Shown one piece after another: positions 1 through 8,791 of a DNA stretch of 64,000 bases (position 1 is the stretch's first letter; every line of letters starts with the position of its first letter). The notes below the pieces were generated by a model, which was not told where the DNA came from, ran no database searches, and saw only the letters and a list, made by a program, of their open reading frames with translations. Origin of the DNA: Deltaproteobacteria bacterium (lineage in GTDB: Bacteria; Myxococcota_A; UBA9042); the NCBI GenBank assembly GCA_016875335.1, contig VGRO01000004.1, positions 32,158 to 96,157 of the forward strand. The letters are read 5' to 3'. Position numbers and translations under genes: made by a program.

Positions 1-1177
1 GTACGTCGAGTTCGTTGCATACCGTCTTGGTGACCACGCCGTCGGCGTCCAGTTGGTGGCGGGCCTGGAACAGCTTGACAGCGGCCTCCAGCGCGTCGTC
101 GAAGCGCTCGCCGTCGGGTCCCGGGTCGTAGCCTTCGGCGCGCAGCCGGGCGCGCAGCGCCGCAACCATCGGGCTGGACTCGCCCTTCTTGAGTTGCTTG
201 GCCGCCAGCTTGGGCAGGGGTGTCCAGCCTCCGGCGTCGACCAAGCGCCGGTAGGTGTCGAACGCGCCGAGCAGCAGCGGGTATTGGGTGTGGGTCGGCT
301 GTCGGCCGCGCAGCGCATCACCCAGCCGGCCCTTGCCGCCGTCGATCAGGCGCACCAGTTCGTCGGCGTGCTTGTCGGCCATGCGTTTGATCTCGGTCGG
401 CGCGGTGTACTTCTGCGGGTGGGCCGGCATGCCCAGCGTCGCGTCAATGGCGTAGCGCAGGGTCGCGCGCAGCAGTTCGACCTCGGCGCGCACCAGGGCC
501 AGACGACTGGCGTTTGCCGCGCGCACCAGCGCCGGCAGGGCGCGGTCCAAGGCCATCAAGCCGGCTTTGCCCAGTTGATCGCCACCCTTGCGCGCCAATT
601 CCACGGCACTGCCCTCGCCGCCGCGCAGCCATTGGCTTGCCGCCGCGGCCACCAACGCCGCCTGCGGCTGGCGCTCCAGCGACAACCACACCGCGCGCTC
701 GGCGTGCAACGCAGCCGTCACCGCCGCGGTCGCTTCGTCGATGGCCTTGATGCGGTAAGCGGATTTGTCGATGCCGTGGCGGTCGAGCTGTTGCAGTTCG
801 TCCAGCAGTTCCAGGCCGTCCGCGGTGATCGCGCCGCCGCGATCGACCAGCCGCATCGTGCCCGCACCGACCAGGGCCTTGAGCGGCTTGGCGTCGGCAC
901 CGGCCGCCTTGAACTCTTTTTGCAGCGCCGCAGCTTCGGCGGCGTGCGCCAGCTTGACCTCGGCGGCGACGCGCGCGGTCCATTCCGCCCACGTCGGCAC
1001 GGGGGGCGGCGCTGGCGTCGTCGGCGCAGGGGCGGCCTCTGCCGGCGCGGCTTGGGGTGTCGCGGGCTTGGGCTTGGGCTCCGGGGTGCCATCGCAGGCG
1101 GCCAGTGCCAAAGTTGCGCCGAGCGGCAAGCAGGAGCGCCGCCAGCGAGCGGCGGTCAGGAAGGTGCGTTGGTTCAT
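1..1177 (-). CDS. L,D-transpeptidase (YcbB/LdtD-like) lipoprotein, N-terminal part; the gene continues past the window start (3' end off-window)
   Basis: My own translation of the minus strand from the ATG at 1177: MNQRTFLTAARWRRSCLPLGATLALAAC, a lipobox signal. It is followed by a PG_binding_1-like motif (...RLRAEGYDPGPDGERFDDALEAAVKLFQARHQLDADGVVTKTVCNEL). The ORF is missing from the track because no stop falls in the window. The listed plus ORF 53..1525 is its antisense shadow. Confidence 0.6.
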   Translation of the reverse strand, partial: MNQRTFLTAARWRRSCLPLGATLALAACDGTPEPKPKPATPQAAPAEAAPAPTTPAPPPVPTWAEWTARVAAEVKLAHAAEAAALQKEFKAAGADAKPLKALVGAGTMRLVDRGGAITADGLELLDELQQLDRHGIDKSAYRIKAIDEATAAVTAALHAERAVWLSLERQPQAALVAAAASQWLRGGEGSAVELARKGGDQLGKAGLMALDRALPALVRAANASRLALVRAEVELLRATLRYAIDATLGMPAHPQKYTAPTEIKRMADKHADELVRLIDGGKGRLGDALRGRQPTHTQYPLLLGAFDTYRRLVDAGGWTPLPKLAAKQLKKGESSPMVAALRARLRAEGYDPGPDGERFDDALEAAVKLFQARHQLDADGVVTKTVCNELDV

Positions 1178-1330
1178 GGCGGCTGGATCGTCCGCCGTGC
1201 GGGGTGGGGCGGCGTTGGGACGATAATCGACGCGCGAGACGCGTCAAATCTTCGAGGTGGCTCGATGGTGCTGTCCGTTGGCTCCAGAATCATCGCGTCG
1301 CCAGCGGGGGCATGCCCCGGCCATCGCCGA

Positions 1331-2476
1331 TCACAGGGCCGCCAGCAACGCCCGCCGCAGCGCCACCGCGTCGTTGTCGTCCTCGAAATCGGGGACGTAC
1401 CACACCTGGGCGTGCGCGGGCAGGCCAGCCGGCACCGCGGGGCGCCGCGCATCGTTGGCCAGGGCCAAACTGCGCGCGGCCCCGGACCAGCGCCGGCACA
1501 GCGGCTCCACCGACCACGCCGCTGACAATTGCGCCGTGCGCTCGGCCAGCTCGATGTCGGCGCCAAGCTGCGGGCCGATGGCGTGGACGGTCAACCCGTC
1601 GGGCGCGGTGTGCGCGGCGATCGGCGCCGCCAGGGCGGACTGCCACGCTGCCGGCAGGCGCTCGCCCAGGCCGTGCAACGCCGACAGGGCGTCATTGACC
1701 GGGAACAACAACCGCAGATCGCCGGTCACCGGCGCCAACTGCAGGGCTGCGGTGGGCTGAGGGGGCGCCGAGGCGCGCAGCACCGCCGACACCGCGCCAA
1801 CGTCGCTGGCGGCCACCTTGAGGTCATGCAGCGTCCAGGCCGCGCCGGGGCCGAGCCCGGCGATGACTTCGCGGATGGCCGGCAGCGCGCCACCAAACGG
1901 CACCTTGCCCGAAAGGGCCACGGTGTGGTCGCAGGTCGGAAAGCGCCAGATGTTGCGCGGTCGCTGCAGCTCCACCCGCACCAGGTCGAGATCGGCGGCC
2001 GTGCCTGTGGCCACCGATTGCAGCAGCGCGAGGTGGGTCGCGCCGAGATCGACGCAGAGCGCCGACAGGAATTCGGCGGCGCCCATCGCCGGCGATCGCA
2101 CCCACACCAGCTCCCAGGGTTGCTGCCGGCCCGATCCCACCAGCGCGTGCAAGGCCGTCGCCCAAGCCGCCGCCGCGGCGGGTCCGCCCAAATGGGCGTG
2201 CTCCGCGGGCCAGCGCCCGGTCGGGTCGGCGCCATCGGCCCCCGGCAGCTCGAGGTCCAGCACCATCAGCACCAGGCGCGGCCCGTCGCCCGGCGCCGGC
2301 GGCCCGGCCGAGCGCAGGCACAAGGCGTCGCCCCACGGCAAGGCGACGGCCTGCTCGCGCACGCCACTGCCGACCGCAAACAGCAGGTCGAGCATTGCGA
2401 ACCGCAGCCCCAGCGGGTCGCCGTGGCGCTGGCGCAGTTTGGCCAGCGATCGGGGCAGGTCGAACGGCATCGGCAC
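1331..2476 (-). CDS. hypothetical protein
   Basis: 381-aa ORF with more varied composition (W, F, H, D, E present) than the overlapping alternative frames. No recognisable domain; it sits upstream of the Ldt gene on the same strand. Confidence 0.35.
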   Translation of the reverse strand: MPMPFDLPRSLAKLRQRHGDPLGLRFAMLDLLFAVGSGVREQAVALPWGDALCLRSAGPPAPGDGPRLVLMVLDLELPGADGADPTGRWPAEHAHLGGPAAAAAWATALHALVGSGRQQPWELVWVRSPAMGAAEFLSALCVDLGATHLALLQSVATGTAADLDLVRVELQRPRNIWRFPTCDHTVALSGKVPFGGALPAIREVIAGLGPGAAWTLHDLKVAASDVGAVSAVLRASAPPQPTAALQLAPVTGDLRLLFPVNDALSALHGLGERLPAAWQSALAAPIAAHTAPDGLTVHAIGPQLGADIELAERTAQLSAAWSVEPLCRRWSGAARSLALANDARRPAVPAGLPAHAQVWYVPDFEDDNDAVALRRALLAAL

Positions 2477-2719
2477 GCTCTATGGCGCGCGGCGGCGCGC
2501 GGACCCCAAGGCTTCCAGGGTTTGCGGCTTTTGGCAACGGCGGCCGCCCGGAGAAATGTACCCCGCGCGCGTTGACCAAATTGCCCTTGGCTGCTACATT
2601 TCCGCGTCCTTGCGCCGGGTTGCGGTCCGCGCGTCGTGGATTTATCGAGTAGTTCCGAGAAGTTGCCGCGCGCAGTCGTGATCACTTCTGCCGGCGAATC
2701 CCCTCCCTGCGCACCCTGG

Positions 2720-3169
2720 ATGTCGATGCTGCCTGTCCTCGCGTCTGCGTTGAACCTTGCCCTGCACGCACAGGTCGCCCTGCTGCCGATCGTGGCCCAG
2801 GCCGATCCCTTGGCCGGCGGCGGCGCGCCCGTCGCGGCCGGCGAGCCCGTCGCGGCAGCCCCGGCGCAAGCCGCAAACGGCGGCGCGTGGATTTCGTGGG
2901 TGATGATGCTCGGCGTCTTCGCGATCTTCTATTTTCTGGTGCTGCGGCCCCAGCAGAAGAAGGCCAACCTGCACAAGACGTTCTTGGACGCCCTGCAACC
3001 CGACGCCTCGGTCGTCACCTCGGGCGGCATCTACGGCAAGGTGGTGTCGATCCAGGATCAGATCGTGACCGTCGAGATTGCCGACCGCGTGCGCATCCGC
3101 GTCCACAAGAGCCATGTCGCCGGATCGGCCGCCAACGCCGCTGACGCCCTGGCCGCCCAACAGCGCTGA
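2720..3169 (+). CDS. yajC: preprotein translocase subunit YajC (with an Ala/Pro-rich N-terminal extension)
   Basis: C-terminal half matches the YajC signature: TM helix WISWVMMLGVFAIFYFLVLRPQQKK, then ...SGGIYGKVVSIQDQIVTVEIADRVRIRV. Lies immediately upstream of secD-secF. Start chosen at the internal ATG 2720 (MSMLPVL...); the listed ATG 2636 is also possible. Confidence 0.8.
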   Translation: MSMLPVLASALNLALHAQVALLPIVAQADPLAGGGAPVAAGEPVAAAPAQAANGGAWISWVMMLGVFAIFYFLVLRPQQKKANLHKTFLDALQPDASVVTSGGIYGKVVSIQDQIVTVEIADRVRIRVHKSHVAGSAANAADALAAQQR

Positions 3170-3216
3170 ATTGGACGGCTCGCGACGGCCGAACTGTCCT
3201 GCAACCCCGGAGTCCC

Positions 3217-5034
3217 ATGGAATCGAAACGCAATTGGAAGGCCTGGTGGGTGTTCGGCCTTCTGGCGCTTGCCGTGCTGCAACTGCTGCCGACCTTCCTG
3301 GGCGACGCGCTGCCGTCGTTCTACACCGACGTGTTCGAGAAGCGGCTGAGCTACGGCCTGGACCTCAAGGGCGGCCTGGAGCTGCGCTACGCCGTGGACT
3401 ACAAGAAGGCAATCGGCGACAACACCAATCGCCTGCGCGACTCGCTGGCCGACCGGCTCGGTGACGCCTATGCCAAGAAGCAAGGCAAGGACTGGAATAC
3501 GCTGGGCGAAGGCGAGCGCAAGGCCATCAGCGAGCGCTGGACCACCACCCGAACGGCGTTCAACACCCTCAAGATCGAATCCAAGACCCCTGCAGACATG
3601 GAGTTGTTGACCGGCGACTTGGTCAACACCGTCGATTCGCGGTTCGGCCTGCACGGCCAGGGCGACAATGCCAAGATCCTGGTCATGCCCGACAAGGCGG
3701 TCCAGGAACTGAAGAAGGACATCGTCGAGCAGACGCTCACGGTCATCCGCAAGCGCGTGGACGCCTTTGGCCTGGTCGAACCCGACGTGCGCCAATCGGG
3801 CGAGGCCGACATCGACTTGCAGCTGCCGGGTCTGGCCGACCGCCAGATGCGCATGGTGCGCGAACGCATCGGCCAGGCGGCGCAGTTGACGTTCCGGCCG
3901 GTCAAGAACGATGCGCGCCTGTTCGACGACAAGGCCGACGCCGTCACAGCCTTCAAGGCCGTCGCCGACAACAAGGCGCCGACGCTGCAGCACGTGCCGG
4001 CTGGCAACGGTGCCTACCTGCGCGCCGACCAGAAGTCCGAACTCATCCGGTTCGTCAAGACAGTGACCGTGCCCGACGACGTGCTCATCGGCTACGAGCA
4101 GGTCCAGGAGCGCGACCCGATGACCGCCAAGGTCAAATCGAGCTACTGGCGCACCTACAACCTGGAGAGCAAGACCGAGCTCACCGGCGACGACCTGACC
4201 CACGCCAACGTCGGCTACGAGAGCCAGGGGCGGTCCGACCCGGTGGTGTTCCTGGAGTTCAACGCCCGCGGCGCCAAGATTTTTGGCAACATGACCGAAA
4301 AGCACGTCAAGAACCAGGTGGCAATCCTGCTCGACGACGACGTCAACTCGGCGCCGGTCATCAACGAGAAGATCCCCAACGGCCGCGCGCGCATCACGCT
4401 TGGCCGCGGCAGCTCTCCGCAACTGATGATGGAAGAAGCCAAGAGCCTGGTGACCGTGCTCAACAACGGCGCCTACAAGGCCCCGGTCATCAAGGTCCAC
4501 GACATCGAGGTCGGCCCGTCGCTCGGCGCCGACGCGGTGCAGGGCGGCCTGCTGTCGATGGCGGTCGGCGTGCTGCTCGTGGTCGTTTTCATGGTCGTCT
4601 ACTACCGGCAAGGGGGCTGGATCGCCGACGCGGCCCTGGTGCTCAACCTGATCCTGCAGTTGGCGTGCCTGGTCTGGTTCAACGCCGCGCTCACGCTGCC
4701 GGGCATGGCCGGGCTGACGCTGACGACGGCGATGGCCGTGGATGCCAACATCTTGATTTTCGAGCGCATCCGCGAAGAGCTGCGCGCCGGGCGCAGCGTG
4801 CGCAACGCGCTCGACCTGGGGTACGGTCGCGCCTTCTGGACCATCTTTGACTCGCACATCACCGCCGGAATGGCGGGCGCGGTGCTGATGGTCTACTCGT
4901 CCGGCCCGATCTACGGGTTTGCGGTGACGCTGCTCATCGGCATCGGCACCTCGATGTTCACGTCGATTGTCGCCACGCGCCTGGTCTACGACTGGATGGG
5001 CGAGCGCGGCAAACTCGAAGAACTGTCGGTGTAG
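3217..5034 (+). CDS. secD: protein translocase subunit SecD
   Basis: 605 aa. N-terminal TM (WKAWWVFGLLALAVLQLL), a large periplasmic domain, and C-terminal TM bundle motifs (LTLPGMAGLTLTTAMAVDANILIFERIREE). Conserved yajC-secD-secF order. Confidence 0.95.
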   Translation: MESKRNWKAWWVFGLLALAVLQLLPTFLGDALPSFYTDVFEKRLSYGLDLKGGLELRYAVDYKKAIGDNTNRLRDSLADRLGDAYAKKQGKDWNTLGEGERKAISERWTTTRTAFNTLKIESKTPADMELLTGDLVNTVDSRFGLHGQGDNAKILVMPDKAVQELKKDIVEQTLTVIRKRVDAFGLVEPDVRQSGEADIDLQLPGLADRQMRMVRERIGQAAQLTFRPVKNDARLFDDKADAVTAFKAVADNKAPTLQHVPAGNGAYLRADQKSELIRFVKTVTVPDDVLIGYEQVQERDPMTAKVKSSYWRTYNLESKTELTGDDLTHANVGYESQGRSDPVVFLEFNARGAKIFGNMTEKHVKNQVAILLDDDVNSAPVINEKIPNGRARITLGRGSSPQLMMEEAKSLVTVLNNGAYKAPVIKVHDIEVGPSLGADAVQGGLLSMAVGVLLVVVFMVVYYRQGGWIADAALVLNLILQLACLVWFNAALTLPGMAGLTLTTAMAVDANILIFERIREELRAGRSVRNALDLGYGRAFWTIFDSHITAGMAGAVLMVYSSGPIYGFAVTLLIGIGTSMFTSIVATRLVYDWMGERGKLEELSV

Positions 5035-5076
5035 GTCCCCAACGCCCCGCTCCGCGCATCCGCACGCAAGGTCCTC

Positions 5077-6456
5077 ATGAGCACCGAACACAAACATTTC
5101 TCGCTTTTCAACCCCGACGCCAACTACGACTTCGTCGGCCGCCGGCAGTTGTACTACGCGCTGACCGGCGTCGGCATCCTGGCGTCCGTCATCGCCCTGG
5201 CCACGCTTGGTTTCAACAAGGGCATCGACTTCAAGGGCGGCAGCAAGCTCATCGTCGCGTTCGAGGGATCGTCCAACGTCGACCGCCATGCCGTGCACGA
5301 CGCGGTGGCGGGCACGCTGCAGCAAGCGACCGGCAAGAAGGACGTCGGCCAGGTCGAAGTGCAGGATTTTTCGACCGGCGGCACGGGTTCGGCCAAGAAA
5401 CACTTCAGCGTGGTGACCGAACTGACGTCGATGGTCACCGCCGAGAAGCGCACCGCGCTCACGGCCAAGATCAAAGACAAGTTTCCCAAGGCCGACGTGC
5501 AGTGGGCGGCCGAGGGCGAGGACCGTGTGTTCGTCACGCTCGTCGATCCCGTCAAAGTGACGCCGACCTACGACACCCTGCGCCAGGTGTTCGGCGAGGC
5601 CGGCTTCCCCAAGGTCGGCACCGGATCGGACGCCGAAAGCCAGTTGGACGTCAACCTTTTCCGCACGCTGCAGATGTTGCAGTCCGAGAACAAGAAGGAA
5701 GACGAGGTCAAGGCCGAAGAGCAGAAGTTGCGCGACCAGAAGGCCAAGGATCTCGCCGACCGCGCCGACAGCCGCTTTACCGTCGTGGTCGAGGAGTTCA
5801 AGGGCAAGATCGAGACGGGCCTGCAGGTCAAGTTCTCCAAGTCGTTCGCGGGCGTCGAGTCCAGCACAGCCATCTCGCCGTCGGTCGCCGACGACCTGAT
5901 GAGCCAGGGCCTGGTCGCAATCCTATACGCCATCGTCGGCATCATCCTGTACATCGTGTTGCGCTTCGACGTGCGCTACGCACCGGGCGCGCTCATCGCA
6001 TTGGTGCACGACGTGGTGCTGGTCATCGGCGCCTTCAGCGTGGCGCAGGTCAAGTTCTCGATGCCGGTCATCGCCGCCGTGCTCACGGTCGCCGGCTATT
6101 CGATCACCGACACCATCGTGGTGTTCGACCGAATCCGCGAAATGCAGGAGCGCCACGAGGGCGCGCCCATCGACGTCGTCATCAACTCGGCCATCAATAC
6201 GACCATGAGCCGGACCGTGTTGACCTCGTTGACGACGTTCATCACTTCGATCTCGATCTTCCTGTTTGGTGGCGGGCTTATCCGCGATTTCGCGTTCGCC
6301 ATGTGCATCGGCGTGGTCGTCGGCACGTTCAGCTCGATCTTCGTGGCGAGCCCGGTATTCCTGTGGCTGCACGAGCGCTTTGAGGCCCGCAAGGCGGCAA
6401 TGGCCAAGCAGGGCGGCGACCGCGCGCCCATCCAGATCGCGCCCGCCCAGGGGTGA
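5077..6456 (+). CDS. secF: protein translocase subunit SecF (unusually long, about 140-aa charged periplasmic insertion)
   Basis: N-terminal FSLFNPDANYDFVGRRQLYYALTGVGIL... and C-terminal SecF TM bundle (VLRFDVRYAPGALIALVHDVVLVIGAFS...IVVFDRIREM). At 459 aa it exceeds the typical ~310 aa. Confidence 0.9.
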   Translation: MSTEHKHFSLFNPDANYDFVGRRQLYYALTGVGILASVIALATLGFNKGIDFKGGSKLIVAFEGSSNVDRHAVHDAVAGTLQQATGKKDVGQVEVQDFSTGGTGSAKKHFSVVTELTSMVTAEKRTALTAKIKDKFPKADVQWAAEGEDRVFVTLVDPVKVTPTYDTLRQVFGEAGFPKVGTGSDAESQLDVNLFRTLQMLQSENKKEDEVKAEEQKLRDQKAKDLADRADSRFTVVVEEFKGKIETGLQVKFSKSFAGVESSTAISPSVADDLMSQGLVAILYAIVGIILYIVLRFDVRYAPGALIALVHDVVLVIGAFSVAQVKFSMPVIAAVLTVAGYSITDTIVVFDRIREMQERHEGAPIDVVINSAINTTMSRTVLTSLTTFITSISIFLFGGGLIRDFAFAMCIGVVVGTFSSIFVASPVFLWLHERFEARKAAMAKQGGDRAPIQIAPAQG

Positions 6457-6528
6457 CCGGGCGCCCGCTGCCGCGGGACTGGTGCGACCCCATCGACAGG
6501 CGACCGCGGCCGTGGTGCAATTGGCGCC

Positions 6529-8262
6529 ATGTTCGCCTCCTGGATCGTTCGACAGCCTGACCCCGCGCAATTCGATGACCTGTGCGCTGCGGGCCACGAC
6601 CCCTTGATCGCTCGGCTGTTGGCGCTGCGCGGCTTGGGCGACCCGGGCAGTGCCCAGCAGTTCCTGACTCCGCAACTGCGCGACCTGCCGGACCCGCACC
6701 GCATGGCCGATTGCGAGGCTGCCGCCGCCTTGCTGGTCCAGGCCGTACATGACGGCTGGTCCATCTGCATCTACGGCGACTACGACGTCGATGGCATCTC
6801 GGCGGCCGCGCTCTTGCACGACGTGTTGTCGATGGCGGGCGCGCGACCGCAGGTGTTCCTGCCCGACCGCATGCGCGACGGCTACGGCTTGCGCATGGAG
6901 CGCCTGCATGAACTCGCCGACGCAGGCGCGCAGCTTTTCATCTCGGCCGATTGCGGCAGCACCGCGGTCGCCGAGGTTGCGGCGATGCGCGACCGCGACC
7001 GTGCGTTCATCATCTGCGACCACCATGCGCTGGGACCAGAGCTGCCGCCAGCGACCTGCCACCTCAACCCGCGCCGGCCGCAGTGCCAGTACCCAGACAA
7101 GAACTTGTGCGCGGTCGGCGTGGCGTTCGTCCTGGCGCAGGCGTTCCGCCGCGCAGCGGTCCTGGCTGGACTGTGCCCAGTGGAGGCCATCGACTTGCGG
7201 GGCGTGATGGAGCTGGCGGCGCTCGGCACGATTGCCGACGTGGTCGAACTCAAGCACGTCAACCGCACCTTGGCCTGGCATGGGCTGCGGGCGCTCGGCG
7301 CCTCGACCCGTCCGGGGCTGCGGGCGCTGGTCCGGCACCTTCCGGTCGGCGGCATCGACGCCCAACGCATCGGGTTCGTGGTCGGTCCCAAGATCAATGC
7401 CGCCGGCCGGGTCGCCGAACCGCGCACAGCGTTCGACGTGCTGACCGTGCGCGATGCCGATACCGCCGAACTGCTGGCCTTGCAGCTGGACGTCGAGAAC
7501 AACCGGCGCAAGGCCCTGACCGAGACCATGGTTGCCGAGGCGCTGGTGCTCGCCCAGGAGAGCCCGATGGCCGGCGCGGTGGTGGTCGGCCAGCACGGCT
7601 GGCACCCGGGCGTGGTCGGCATCGTCGCCGCTCGGCTGGTCGAGGCGTTCCACATGCCGGCGTTTGCCTTGGCCGTCGACGACACCGGCACGGCGCGGGG
7701 GTCGGGCCGATCGGTGCCGGGCTATGACTTGGTCGGTGCGCTGCGCGACGCCGGCGCGGATCTGTTGCAGCGCTTTGGCGGCCACGCCTTTGCCGCCGGC
7801 ATCACGCTGCCGGGCGACGCCATCGACGCGCTGCGCCAGCGCCTCAGCGACCACGCGGCCGAACGGCTTGGCGCCAACCCGGCGCCGCGCACCTTGGAGG
7901 TCGACGCCGAACTGTCGCCGGCCGAGTGCGACCTCACGCTGCTCGACCGCCTGGAAAAGTTGGAACCCTTCGGTCGCGGCAACGAGGCGCCGCGGTTCCT
8001 GTTGCGCAACGTCGAGATCCGCGACCTGCGCGAGGTCGGCAAGTCAGGCGGTTGGGGCCAGGCCAGCCTGCACGTGCGCGGCGCCGGCAACGCTTGGTGG
8101 GCGCGGCCGTCGGTCAAGGCATTCGGTGCCTGGCGGCTGTGGCAGGGTCGCGGCAACGGCGACCCCGTGGACGTGGTATGCAAGCTGCAACGCAACAGCC
8201 ACAGGGGCGCCGTGTCTGTGCAGGCGGCCGTGGACCTGGTCGCGCCGGCGACATGCCAGTGA
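6529..8262 (+). CDS. recJ: single-stranded-DNA-specific exonuclease RecJ
   Basis: DHH phosphoesterase motifs (IYGDYDVDGISAAALL; IICDHHALGP) and a DHHA1 region (GGHAFAAGITL); 577 aa. Confidence 0.9.
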   Translation: MFASWIVRQPDPAQFDDLCAAGHDPLIARLLALRGLGDPGSAQQFLTPQLRDLPDPHRMADCEAAAALLVQAVHDGWSICIYGDYDVDGISAAALLHDVLSMAGARPQVFLPDRMRDGYGLRMERLHELADAGAQLFISADCGSTAVAEVAAMRDRDRAFIICDHHALGPELPPATCHLNPRRPQCQYPDKNLCAVGVAFVLAQAFRRAAVLAGLCPVEAIDLRGVMELAALGTIADVVELKHVNRTLAWHGLRALGASTRPGLRALVRHLPVGGIDAQRIGFVVGPKINAAGRVAEPRTAFDVLTVRDADTAELLALQLDVENNRRKALTETMVAEALVLAQESPMAGAVVVGQHGWHPGVVGIVAARLVEAFHMPAFALAVDDTGTARGSGRSVPGYDLVGALRDAGADLLQRFGGHAFAAGITLPGDAIDALRQRLSDHAAERLGANPAPRTLEVDAELSPAECDLTLLDRLEKLEPFGRGNEAPRFLLRNVEIRDLREVGKSGGWGQASLHVRGAGNAWWARPSVKAFGAWRLWQGRGNGDPVDVVCKLQRNSHRGAVSVQAAVDLVAPATCQ

Positions 8263-8359
8263 CACGGATCACCGGGAGGTTTGCTGGACAATGCACAGCG
8301 GCGGGCTACCTTGGCGCGCTCCGGCCCCTCCCCCACAACCGCCGGTTCCTGAGGATCTG

Positions 8360-8779
8360 ATGAAAACCCTTCTGTCCTTCGTCATCGCGACCCTTGGCTG
8401 CGCCGTCCTGGGCTGCGGCGGCGCCCAGTCCAAGCCGGCGGCCGACCCTGCGCCGACCCCAGCCGCGGCGGCGGCCGCACCCGCACCTGCCCCAGCCCCC
8501 GCGGTCACGCCGCCGGCCGGCGAAGTCAAGTGCCCGGTTTCGGGCGAGGGCTTTACCCCCTCGGCCACCTCGCCGTCGTCGGAATACAACGGCAAGACCT
8601 ACTACTTCTGCTGTCCCGGCTGCAAAAAGAAGTTCGACGCCGACCCGGCGAAGTTCGCCGCCAATCCGGCGCCAGCCAAGGCCGCGGACGCCAAGCCGTG
8701 CGGCGGCGATTGCGCCACGGGCAAGCCGTGCGCGGACTGCGCCGACAAAGAAGGCGCCAAGAAAGCCGAAACGAAGTAG
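8360..8779 (+). CDS. YHS-domain (putative metal-binding) lipoprotein
   Basis: Lipobox MKTLLSFVIATLGCAVLGC. YHS motif CPVSGEGFTP...YNGKTYYFCCPGCKKKFDADPAKF. C-terminal Cys-rich tail CGGDCATGKPCADCADKEG. Confidence 0.7.
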   Translation: MKTLLSFVIATLGCAVLGCGGAQSKPAADPAPTPAAAAAAPAPAPAPAVTPPAGEVKCPVSGEGFTPSATSPSSEYNGKTYYFCCPGCKKKFDADPAKFAANPAPAKAADAKPCGGDCATGKPCADCADKEGAKKAETK

Positions 8780-8791
8780 CGTGCGGCCGGG

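Noticed and set aside
53-1525. 490-aa plus-strand ORF at the window start
   Set aside because: It is antisense to the lipobox/PG-binding L,D-transpeptidase gene that I translated on the minus strand (1..1177). The plus-frame product is low-complexity.
3058-7854. Long minus-strand ORFs 3058..5403 (781 aa) and 5923..7854 (643 aa)
   Set aside because: They are antisense shadows of secD and of secF/recJ, whose identities are unambiguous.
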